NCBI GenBank assembly: GCA_963823345.1
Contig: CAWGLE010000013.1
Location: 65,438-129,437, forward strand
Length of the DNA: 64,000 nucleotides
Reading direction: 5' to 3'
Origin: Candidatus Sulfomarinibacteraceae bacterium
Lineage (GTDB): Bacteria; Acidobacteriota; Thermoanaerobaculia; Thermoanaerobaculales; Sulfomarinibacteraceae
Under the pieces are notes generated by a model. That model saw only the letters and a list, made by a program, of their open reading frames with translations, searched no databases and was not told the origin of the DNA. A program made the translations under genes and the position numbers. This document shows, piece by piece, positions 29,038 through 37,454 of the stretch. Every line of letters starts with the position of its first letter. Position 1 is the first letter of the stretch.

Positions 29038-29065
29038 AAAGTACCGCCAAATGAAACTGTGTCAA
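29038..29065 (-). promoter_or_regulatory. Predicted sigma70-type promoter about 320 nt upstream of kamA
   Basis: On the minus strand: TTGACA (29060-29065), 16 nt, TACTTT (29038-29043). It sits in the only AT-rich patch of this gap, just after the upstream gene stop. Confidence 0.5.
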
Positions 29066-29079
29066 GTTATTTTTGACGC

Positions 29080-30861
29080 TCAGGCGGATTTTTTTCCTGA
29101 GGGGGTTCCGGCGCCGAGTCCGAATGCCGTTTCCCACAGTCCGGTGAAGAACGATCGTGCGTTGACGCCGATGCTGCGGATTCGATAACCGCCTTCCTGG
29201 ACTACCAGCGTGGGCAGGCGCAACTCCCCGATCATCCGACCGTTGGCGGTGAAATCGGAGGAACCGAGGTCCCACGTCCCGGTGGGGTCTTTGCGCCCGG
29301 TGTCGAGGCCAAGCGCCACAACCAGGATTTCGGTGCCGTGCGTCTCGACTCTCCGCAGGGCGCGGGCGAGAACCTCGCGGTATCTCGAACCGTCGACATG
29401 CTCCTCGAGCGGGTAGTTGCGGTTGGCGCCGAGGCCGGGTCCCGCCCCGCGCTCGTCGGCGAAACCGGAGAAGTAGGGGTAGGCGAAGTTCGGGTGGCCG
29501 TGGATCGAGACCGTGAGCACGTCGCCGCGCTCCCAGAAGATGTCCTGCTGGCCGTTGCCGTGGTGGTAGTCGAGGTCGAGGATCGCCACTTTGGCGTGGC
29601 GGGCCAACTCCTCCGTGGCGATGGCGGCGTTGTTGAAATAACAGAACCCGCCGAACGCTCGGCGCTCGGCGTGGTGACCCGGTGGCCTCACCAGCGCGTA
29701 GGCCAGTCGCCGCCCCTCGGACAACGCGTGGGCTGCGGTGAGGGCGCAGTCGACTGCACGTCGGGCGGCGAGGTACGAGTTGCGGTTGAGGGGCGTGAAC
29801 GTGTCGATGCAGTAGTAGCCGGCCCGGACCTCGAGCTCCTTTGGCGGGCGGGCGACGTTGCGGATCGGGAACACGTAGGGGTACACCGCCCGGCCCTCGC
29901 CGACCCGTTCGCACACCCGCTTCAGATAACGGACATAGCCCGGATCGTGAACCTCGAGGAGGTGCCGGTCCGGGAATTCGCGAGGCTCGATCTCCTCGAA
30001 CAGCGACGTCTGGTCGATCTCCCGACGGATCGCCTTGATCCGAACCGGAGACTCCACGTATCCCTGCTCCCGCACGTGGTGGATGAGGTGCCGGTCGTTG
30101 ACGACCAGTGCGATGCGCCGGTCGGGAGGGGGGACGGGAGGGCGAACCGCCTCGGCGCGCGACGGTTCGGTGAGGTACTTGAATGGTCGCAGCTGGACCG
30201 GATTGTCGCGGATCGATGCCACGACGCTTTCCACATACTCCTGGGGACACAGGCTCTTGTACTTTCGTTCGAGGATCGCCCTCACCGCCGCGCGCATGGC
30301 CGTGCGTCCCGGCGCCTTGCCGGTGCCGAGGTCGTCCACCACCAGGTACGGCGGTTCGTCGTCGCCCGGTTTGACCGGGGTTTCGTACTCGGTACCGATC
30401 ACCGGTCTGGCGCCGAAGCCTTCATAGAAACGGAGCCGGGCCGCGTTCTGCCGTCGCTTCGTCGGGTCGGGGCACAGCGCCGGATCGTCGGGCAGGCACT
30501 CGAAGAGCACCGCCCAGGCGCCGAGCTCGAGGGCGTCGCTGCGCACGCGGTCGTACAGGGTGCCGCCGAGGCCGCGCCCGCCGCTGCCGGACCCGCTGGC
30601 GAGGTAGTCCAGCCACGCAAATCCCAGGTCGGCCTCGTAGTAGACCAGTGCGAAGGCCTTGACCGTCCGCCGCTGGTTTTCGGCAACGTACAGGATCGCC
30701 CGGAAGCCGTGGCTGACCGGCCGCCGGAGCTTGTCGGGAAGAGCCGTCACGTCCCCGGAGTCGAGCCCGGGAATACGGTCGACGAGCATCGCCTGGACCT
30801 GTTTGATGGCGGCCTGGTCGGCCGACAGAATGTTGTCGTAGACCCTTCGGATGCGAAACAC
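29080..30861 (-). CDS. Fusion protein: N-terminal GNAT-like domain plus C-terminal histone-deacetylase/acetylpolyamine-amidohydrolase-family domain
   Basis: HDAC-family motifs: LVRPPGHHAERRAFGGFCYFNN, AILDLDYHHGNGQQ, VVQEGGY. The N-terminal about 230 aa contains a GNAT-like stretch (FAWLDYLASGSGSGGRGLGGTLYDRV). The ORF track start at 31020 reads through a heptamer array. The GTG at 30861 (VFRIRRVYDN, with GGAG upstream) is my preferred start but is uncertain. Confidence 0.75.
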   Translation of the reverse strand: MFRIRRVYDNILSADQAAIKQVQAMLVDRIPGLDSGDVTALPDKLRRPVSHGFRAILYVAENQRRTVKAFALVYYEADLGFAWLDYLASGSGSGGRGLGGTLYDRVRSDALELGAWAVLFECLPDDPALCPDPTKRRQNAARLRFYEGFGARPVIGTEYETPVKPGDDEPPYLVVDDLGTGKAPGRTAMRAAVRAILERKYKSLCPQEYVESVVASIRDNPVQLRPFKYLTEPSRAEAVRPPVPPPDRRIALVVNDRHLIHHVREQGYVESPVRIKAIRREIDQTSLFEEIEPREFPDRHLLEVHDPGYVRYLKRVCERVGEGRAVYPYVFPIRNVARPPKELEVRAGYYCIDTFTPLNRNSYLAARRAVDCALTAAHALSEGRRLAYALVRPPGHHAERRAFGGFCYFNNAAIATEELARHAKVAILDLDYHHGNGQQDIFWERGDVLTVSIHGHPNFAYPYFSGFADERGAGPGLGANRNYPLEEHVDGSRYREVLARALRRVETHGTEILVVALGLDTGRKDPTGTWDLGSSDFTANGRMIGELRLPTLVVQEGGYRIRSIGVNARSFFTGLWETAFGLGAGTPSGKKSA

Positions 30862-30907
30862 GAAAACTCCAGTCGCCCTGTCGGAGGGCAACACGGTAGC
30901 ACCATTC

Positions 30908-31069
30908 GAGAATTTCGAATTTCGGATTTCGGAATTCCACCCTCCCTCCCGCATTGGATTCAGGGTCTCTGGACGCCCATTTTCCGAGATCTGCTGTTCC
31001 TCGATCGTGTTGACCCGCACGAGAGATGGGCCGAAAAATCCGAAATCCGAAATCCGAAATCCGAAATAT
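30908..31069. repeat. Inverted heptamer arrays (GAATTTC/GGATTTC and GAAATCC) flanking a roughly 90-bp core
   Basis: Left array at 30908-30938, followed by the C-rich box ACCCTCCCTCCCGC. Right array AAATCCG x4 at 31031-31069. The right array is the reverse complement of the left unit. Confidence 0.9.
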
Positions 31070-31093
31070 AAAAGCCCGGGCCGAGGCCCGGGC
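31066..31093 (-). terminator. Rho-independent terminator after the M16 peptidase pair
   Basis: The minus strand reads GCCCGGGCC-TC-GGCCCGGGC followed by TTTTATATTT, 28 nt after the TAA at 31121. Confidence 0.75.
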
Positions 31094-31120
31094 GATCGAA
31101 GTTGCAGGTTGATGTGATGG

Positions 31121-32599
31121 TTACTTGTCGATCGGCTCCAGGGTCATCGGGTCGCGCAGCGGAAGCTCCGTGATCTTCCCGAAGTCCGAGAGCCTGGCCT
31201 CGTGCTCGGGGTGGCCCTTGGTGATCTCCTCGATATTGCCGACGACCAGGACGACCATCGTGTCCGGGTCGAGGCCGGCTGCCATCGCCTTCTGGATGTC
31301 GTCGCCGGTAACAGCCGCCACCTTGTCGCGGTAGTCGGTCCAGTAGGAATGGGGCCGTCCGAGGAGCTCGTCCGTGGCGAACAGTCCAACCACCTGGCCC
31401 GCACTCGCGAACCGGCGCGGGAAGGTCTCGATGAAGGAGGCCTTGGCCGTGCGCAACTCCTCGTCGGTGGGCGGGGCGGTTCGCATGCTCTTCAGGAGCC
31501 CGAAGAAGATCTCTGCGGCAAAGGCGCAGGTCGAAGACTTGGACTGGTAGTAGGCCCGGAACGTCCCCGGCATGGTGACGGGAAAGCTGAGGCTCGAGTA
31601 GGCGCTGTAGGCGAGACCCTCGTCGGATCGGATCGTCTTCATCATGCGGGCGGTGAATCCGCCGCCACCGAGGATGTCGTTGCCGATCATCAGGGGGAAC
31701 TCGTTCGGCGTTCCCTGCTGGTAGCCGATTTTTCCGATACTCACCCGACCCTGGTTGACGTCGGGTTTGTTGACGACGTAGACGCCCTTCGCGGTCGGCG
31801 CGGTCGGTTGCGGGATCGAGGGCAGGGTGCCCTCGAGCTTCGGAAGGGTGGCGATGGTGCGGTTGAGCAGAGCCTCCATGTCGGCCTGTTGGAAATCGCC
31901 CGCCACCGCGACCACGAGATTGCCCGAACGCACCAGCGAACTGACGAAGGCCTTGCAGTCGGCGGCGGTGATTTCGTTCACCGAGGCCTGGGTCGCCAGA
32001 CGGTTCATCCAGTAGCCGTCGCCGTAGATCAGCCGGTCCCACTCCCGGCTTTCGATATCGGCGGTGTCGTCGTTGCGCTGCTTCATCGCCTGCAGCATGT
32101 TCTCCTTGGTCTTGGCGAAGCGGTCCTCCTGGAAGCGTGGCTTCGTGAGGACGTCCATCAAGATGGCCATGGCCGCGTCGAGATCTTTGGACAGGACGTT
32201 CAGGTTCACCGAACCGGTGACGTCGCCGACGCTGGTGTTGAGATTCGCAGCGAGGTAGTCGAGCTCCTCGTCCAGCTCTTGAGCGGTTCTCTCGCCGGCT
32301 CCCCCTGAGCGCCACGCGTCACCGGTGATGGCGGCCAGACCGGCTTTGCCGTCGGGCTCGAGATAGCGGCCGCCACGGAAGGAGACGGTGATGTTGACCA
32401 GTGGAAACTGGCTGTCCTGTTTGGCGTAGACCGGCGTGCCGTCGGCCAGCTCGAAACGCAGGGAATCGGCGTCCGGCACCTCGAAGGTGAGGTCCGGGTA
32501 GACCAGTTTCTCGGGCCGATCCGGGATATCCGCGGCGGAGACTGTCGCCGCGGCAACCATCAGAGCCAACGTAGCAACGGAAATCATCAAGCGGCGCAT
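31121..32599 (-). CDS. M16-family peptidase, non-catalytic (beta-type) subunit, secreted
   Basis: 492 aa with the signal peptide MRRLMISVATLALMVAAATVSA. It has the M16 fold pattern but I saw no HxxEH motif. It starts 1 nt after the upstream M16 stop. Confidence 0.8.
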   Translation of the reverse strand: MRRLMISVATLALMVAAATVSAADIPDRPEKLVYPDLTFEVPDADSLRFELADGTPVYAKQDSQFPLVNITVSFRGGRYLEPDGKAGLAAITGDAWRSGGAGERTAQELDEELDYLAANLNTSVGDVTGSVNLNVLSKDLDAAMAILMDVLTKPRFQEDRFAKTKENMLQAMKQRNDDTADIESREWDRLIYGDGYWMNRLATQASVNEITAADCKAFVSSLVRSGNLVVAVAGDFQQADMEALLNRTIATLPKLEGTLPSIPQPTAPTAKGVYVVNKPDVNQGRVSIGKIGYQQGTPNEFPLMIGNDILGGGGFTARMMKTIRSDEGLAYSAYSSLSFPVTMPGTFRAYYQSKSSTCAFAAEIFFGLLKSMRTAPPTDEELRTAKASFIETFPRRFASAGQVVGLFATDELLGRPHSYWTDYRDKVAAVTGDDIQKAMAAGLDPDTMVVLVVGNIEEITKGHPEHEARLSDFGKITELPLRDPMTLEPIDK

Positions 32600-32600
32600 G

Positions 32601-34371
32601 TCACTCCCCCTCTCCGGCCGACGCCTTGAGCTCTTCGAGCCGTTCGGTGGCCTTTTTGATCACCAGTTCGATGGCGGGTTTGTATTCGGGCGGCGCCTGG
32701 GCGGCCATCGCCTGCATCTGCGCCAACCCCTGTTGAAGCTCGGCGGGATCGGTCACCTGGTTGATCTGCGCGAGGGCCTGTTTGGCCATCGCCTTGCCCT
32801 GGGCCGACAGTGCGGCCAGCTCGGGGTCCTCTTCGCTGCCCTCCTTGCGGAAGTACCAGAGGGCGTTCAAGCCGCTCTCGGTGAAGTAGGTATTGGCGAC
32901 CCGCTGGACATCCTCGGCCGTCACGGCCTGAATCCGGGCCGCAGACTCGTTGAGGAAGCTCCAGTCCTCCCACACGTCGTAGAGGAGGAGCTGCAGCAGC
33001 AGGAAGAAGTCGGACTGGAGACGGCGGTAGGAACCGGCCAGGGCCTGGTTCTTGACCTTCTGCAGCTCGCGCTCGCCGACCGGTTCTTCCTTCAGGCGTG
33101 CGATCTCGAAGATCAGCGCGTCCTCCACCAGTTGGTGATCCACCCCGTCCGCGAGCTCGGCGCCGACCTCGACGAAGCCGCCGTACTTCAACGCGTCGTG
33201 GTTCGAGTAGGGCTCGCCGGTGGCGATCTTCTTCTCCTCGACGAGGCTCTTGTAGAGCCTTCCGGTGCGGTCGTTGAGGATCGAGTCCATGACCTCGAGG
33301 GCGTAGAAGTCCTTGCTCCCGAAGGGTACGGTGTGCCAGCGAAGGTGGACCGACGGGTTGGTGTCGGCCTCGGCGATCATGCGCCGTTCGGCGAGCTGCT
33401 CGATCTCCTCGGTGACCACCGGCGGCGGCTGCCTTGGCCCCGCGCGGAATGCGGCCCAGGTATTTCTGAGCCAGAGCCAGCGCCTGTGCGGGGTCGAAAT
33501 CGCCGACCAGCGCAGTCGTGATGTTGTTGGGCGCGTAGTAGGTGGCGAAGAACTCCTCCGCTTGAGCGCGCGTGATCGACTCGACATCGGAGGGCCAACC
33601 GACCACCGGGTGGTGGTAGGGGATGGAGCCCCAGAACATCATGTCGAACTGCTCCTGGAACTTCGCGGTCGGGTCGGATTCGGTCCGCACGCGGCGCTCT
33701 TCACGGACCACGTCGCGCTCGGTGTAGAACTCTCTGAAGACCGCGTTGAGGAGCCGCTCGGACTCCATCCAGAACCACAGCTCGAGCTTGTTGGCCGGCA
33801 CTGTGATGAAGTAGATCGTGAAGTCGTTGCTGGTGCCCGCGTTCATCCCCGAGGCGCCGGCCTCGGTGTAGATCTGGTCGAACTCGTCCTTGACGATGAA
33901 CTGCTTCTGCTGGGCCTCGAGCTCCTGCATCTTCTCGCGAAGTGCCGCCAGCTTCTCGGTCTGATTCTCGGGCAGGTAGATGCTGCCCTCGATCTTGCCG
34001 GCTCGTTTCATCTCCCGCATGACCTCGTACTCGGCCTCCATCTCGAGCCGGAGCTCGTCGAGCTGGGCCATGATCGCGGCCTCTTTCTCGAAGTCGGAGG
34101 TGCCGATGGTCGGGCTGCCCTTGAACATCATGTGTTCGAAGAGATGGGCGATGCCGGTGGCGCCGGCCTCCTCGTTGACCGACCCGACATGGGTCACCCA
34201 ACCGGCCGAGACCGTCGGGCTTTCGTGGCGTTCGACCATCAGTATTTTCATGCCGTTGTCCAGAAAGACCTCCTGGACGGGGACCTTGGCCTCCTGGGCT
34301 GCGACGGCAAAGGTGCTCAAGAGCACCACCGTCAGCAGCCCGGCGACCGTCAGATGACGCCGAAGACTCAT
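32601..34371 (-). CDS. M16-family zinc peptidase (HxxEH), secreted, apparent +1 frameshift near 33438-33441
   Basis: The ATG at 34371 has GGAAGGAG upstream. Signal peptide: MSLRRHLTVAGLLTVVLLSTFAVAA. Catalytic motif: GIAHLFEHMMFKG. After ...AQKYLGRIPRG the frame must shift into the 32601..33587 ORF (PRQPPPVVTEEIEQLAERRM...). An extra G lies in a GGGG run. Length is 1771 nt = 3n+1. Confidence 0.9.
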
Positions 34372-34596
34372 CGTTTCGCTCCTTCCGTGTTGGTGTTGCG
34401 GTTGTCGCACTTCCGGTGAAGTTGTTCCCCGGACCGTATTCTGTAACGATTCACGGACTCTCCCGAGATCTGCTCGCGGTGCGCAGATGATACTACGGCG
34501 CGAGGCGGTTTGGGTTCGGATCGGGTCCCGTGAGCGGCCTCCCGGCAACTGGACAGCACCCCGGAGGGGCTGTACCGTGGCGCTGTCGGAGGCAGA

Positions 34597-35379
34597 ATGA
34601 ACAACCTGCTGTTGGCCCTCGATGTGGGCAACACCAACACCGTAGTCGGTCTGTTCGAAGGCGACCGGTTGCGCACCCACTGGCGTCTGACAACCCACGC
34701 GGAACGTACGGCGGACGAGGTTGGCATGTGGCTGCTGCAGCTTCTGCGGTGGGAGAAGGTGGACCCGGCCGACCTCGCGGCGGTGGCGATCTCCTCGGTC
34801 GTGCCGCCGATCGATCCGCGGCTCGACGAGGGAGTGCGCCGGTTCCTCGACGTGGTCCCTTTCTTTGTCGAACCGGGCGTCAAGACCGGGATGCCGCTGC
34901 TCGTGGACGCACCGCATGAGCTCGGGGCGGATCGGCTCTGCGATGCCGTGGCCGCCTATGCCGAACACGGTGGGCCGTGCCTGGTGCTCGACTTCGGGAC
35001 CGCCGTCACCTGGGAAGTGGTGTCTGCACGTGGCGAGTACCTGGGAGGCGCCATCGCCCCGGGGCCCGGCGTCACCGCCGACGCTTTGGCGTTGAAGACC
35101 GCCAAGCTGCCCAGGGTGGCCATGGCGCCGCCCGATCGGGTGATCGGGAAGGGCACGGTGGACAGTATCCAGATCGGCCTCTTCTACGGCTATCTCGGTT
35201 TGATCGAGGGCGTGACGCGGAGGATCCTCGAGGAACTGGGCGAAGCGACGGTCATCGCGACGGGTGGCTTGGCGGGGGCTTTTGCGGCGCACACCGAACT
35301 GATCCACCACGTGGAACCCGACCTCACTCTGCACGGACTGAGGATGCTCTGGCAGCTCAACCGCGGAGAGGTCGCGTGA
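34597..35379 (+). CDS. coaX: Type III pantothenate kinase
   Basis: 260 aa: MNNLLLALDVGNTNTVVGLF..., GADRL, LDFGTA, GGLA. Confidence 0.9.
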   Translation: MNNLLLALDVGNTNTVVGLFEGDRLRTHWRLTTHAERTADEVGMWLLQLLRWEKVDPADLAAVAISSVVPPIDPRLDEGVRRFLDVVPFFVEPGVKTGMPLLVDAPHELGADRLCDAVAAYAEHGGPCLVLDFGTAVTWEVVSARGEYLGGAIAPGPGVTADALALKTAKLPRVAMAPPDRVIGKGTVDSIQIGLFYGYLGLIEGVTRRILEELGEATVIATGGLAGAFAAHTELIHHVEPDLTLHGLRMLWQLNRGEVA

Positions 35380-35444
35380 GCCCCAGGGGACGCGAAGCCC
35401 GCAGGGAGGCGCGGCAGCGAATCCGCCGGCGGGTCGAGGAGAAG

Positions 35445-36074
35445 ATGCGGCCGATCACGCTGCCGAACTTCATCACCCTGACCCGGATGGCGATGGTGCC
35501 CGTGTTCGTGATCGCGGTTTCGGACCGGGACTTCCGCCTCGCGTTGTGGATATTCATCGTTGCAGGTCTCACGGATGCTTTCGACGGCTTCCTGGCGCGG
35601 CGTATGGACATGAAGAGCCGTTTCGGCGCCTACCTCGATCCCATCGCCGACAAGATGCTGATCACCGTCGCCTACATCGCCCTGACCTTTCCGCAGGGCC
35701 AGGCGGTGGTGATTCCGCTGTGGCTGACCATCCTGGCTCTCTTTCGCGATTTCGTGATCATGGTGGTGGCCGGAGTGTTGTACATGGTCGAAGGTCTCAG
35801 GGAGTTCCCGCCGTCGCCCTTGGGCAAGGCCACCACCTTCGCCCAGGTCGTGACCGTGGCGGTGGTCCTGCTGGCCAACGTGTTCGAGGTGTCTCCGTGG
35901 ATCCCGACGGTGTGCTTCTACCTGTCCTTCGTTCTCGTGATCGGGTCGGCCTTCAACTACATCTACCGCGTCAGCCGGTTCGTCGAAGAAGCCCGGCAGG
36001 CACGGGAGAGCGAAGGAGGAAGTGGATGGGAGTGCGAATTCGGATTCGGAATTGAATGTGGAATTAGGAATTAG
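35445..36074 (+). CDS. pgsA: CDP-alcohol phosphatidyltransferase (PgsA-like)
   Basis: The CDP-alcohol motif is DAFDGFLARRMDMKSRFGAYLDPIADK, and there are multiple TM helices. The ATG at 35445 gives the usual short N-terminus (MRPITLPNFITLTRM). An alternative GTG at 35376 overlaps the coaX stop. The last about 13 codons (ECEFGFGIECGIRN) are encoded by the heptamer array. Confidence 0.85.
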   Translation: MRPITLPNFITLTRMAMVPVFVIAVSDRDFRLALWIFIVAGLTDAFDGFLARRMDMKSRFGAYLDPIADKMLITVAYIALTFPQGQAVVIPLWLTILALFRDFVIMVVAGVLYMVEGLREFPPSPLGKATTFAQVVTVAVVLLANVFEVSPWIPTVCFYLSFVLVIGSAFNYIYRVSRFVEEARQARESEGGSGWECEFGFGIECGIRN

Positions 36075-36160
36075 GAATGCCACCCCACCGCCAGGAACCC
36101 GAAAATGGGCCGGTTGGGATGGCCGAAATTCCTCAATTCCTAATTCCTCATTCCTAATTT
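36036..36160. repeat. Inverted heptamer arrays (GGAATTA / TAATTCC type) flanking a short C-rich core
   Basis: Left array GAATTCG-GATTCGG-AATTGAA-TGTGGAATTAGGAATTAGGAATG at 36036-36079. Core: CCACCCCACCGCC.... Right array GAAATTCCTCAATTCCTAATTCCTCATTCCTAATTT at 36125-36160. Confidence 0.9.
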
Positions 36161-36173
36161 GGGACGTGGCCGG

Positions 36174-37430
36174 CTAGGTCACCGTTTCCGGCGGGTTGAA
36201 GGTCGGCATGATGTTGTTGAGGACCCGGATCACGTCGCGGGCGATGGTCTTCTCCTCATTGGTGGGGACCACCAGCACCCTGACCCGGGAGTCGTCGGTC
36301 GTGATCTCTCCTTCGCCGTCGGTGAGGGCGGCGTTGCGGTCCCGGTGGAGCACGATACCCATGAACTCGAGACCGACGAGGGCCGCCTCCCGGACCTCGG
36401 GCGACTTCTGCCCGATGCCTCCCGTGAACAGCACCGCATCCACACCGCCCATGGCCGCCGCATAGGCGGCGAGGTACTTCTTGATCCGGTAGCAGAACAT
36501 GCGGAACGCGACGTCGGCGCGCTGGTTACCGTCGGCGCGGGCGGCCAACAACTCACGCATATCGGAGGAAACGCCCGACACGCCGTACAGCCCAGAATGC
36601 TTGTTGAGCATGGTGTTGACCTGGTGGAGCGTCATCTCTTCCATCGCCATCAACCAGGGAACGATCGCAGGGTCCATGTCGCCGGAACGGGTTCCCATGA
36701 CGAGCCCCTCGAGCGGAGTGAACCCCATCGATGTGTCGATGCTCTTTCCGTGATCGACCGCCGCCAACGAGCACCCGTTCCCGAGGTGGACGCTGATCAG
36801 CTTCTTGTTTTGGCGTTCCCAGCCGAGGATCTGACTGCCCCTGAACGTCACGTAGCGGTGGGACGTGCCGTGGAACCCGTACTTGCGGAGATGGTGCTTC
36901 TTGTAGAGCTGGAACGGGATTCCGTACAGGAAGGCGTGAGCCGGCATGGTCTGGTGAAAGGCGGTATCGAACACCGCCAGGTGCGGAATGCCGGGCATCG
37001 CGGCGTAGGCCGCGTAGTAGCCGCGAAGGTTGGGTGGGTTGTGGAGGGGGGCCAGCACGGAACACGACTCGATCTGTTCCACGACCTCCGGCGTGATCAG
37101 CACGGACGACGCAAAGGCCTCGCCGCCGTGCACCACCCGGTGGCCGACCGCGCCGATTTCCTCGACCGAGCCGAGGATGCCGTGCTCGGGGTCCGTCAGG
37201 ATGCGCAGAACCCACTCGATGGCCGTCCGGTGCTCGAGAATCTCCCGGTAATCCTGGTACTTCTTGCGGTCGGGAACCTCGAGGACCAAGCGCGAGTCGG
37301 AGAGACCGATCTTTTCGACCAGCCCCACCGCCAGGGTCTGGTCCTGGTGGGCGTTCATGCGTTCGAGATCTGTCTCGATAATCTGGAACTTGACCGATGA
37401 CGATCCGCTGTTGAGGACGAGAATTTTCAT
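36174..37430 (-). CDS. ackA: Acetate kinase
   Basis: 418 aa: MKILVLNSGSSSVKFQ..., HRVVHGG, GFHGTSH, FTGGIG. Confidence 0.95.
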   Translation of the reverse strand: MKILVLNSGSSSVKFQIIETDLERMNAHQDQTLAVGLVEKIGLSDSRLVLEVPDRKKYQDYREILEHRTAIEWVLRILTDPEHGILGSVEEIGAVGHRVVHGGEAFASSVLITPEVVEQIESCSVLAPLHNPPNLRGYYAAYAAMPGIPHLAVFDTAFHQTMPAHAFLYGIPFQLYKKHHLRKYGFHGTSHRYVTFRGSQILGWERQNKKLISVHLGNGCSLAAVDHGKSIDTSMGFTPLEGLVMGTRSGDMDPAIVPWLMAMEEMTLHQVNTMLNKHSGLYGVSGVSSDMRELLAARADGNQRADVAFRMFCYRIKKYLAAYAAAMGGVDAVLFTGGIGQKSPEVREAALVGLEFMGIVLHRDRNAALTDGEGEITTDDSRVRVLVVPTNEEKTIARDVIRVLNNIMPTFNPPETVT

Positions 37431-37454
37431 ATGGAACTCCGGAAACCGCTGCGG

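Noticed and set aside
28892-29188. 98-aa plus-strand ORF in the kamA leader region
   Set aside because: It is R-rich, has no SD, and overlaps the 3' end of the deacetylase-fusion gene on the opposite strand.
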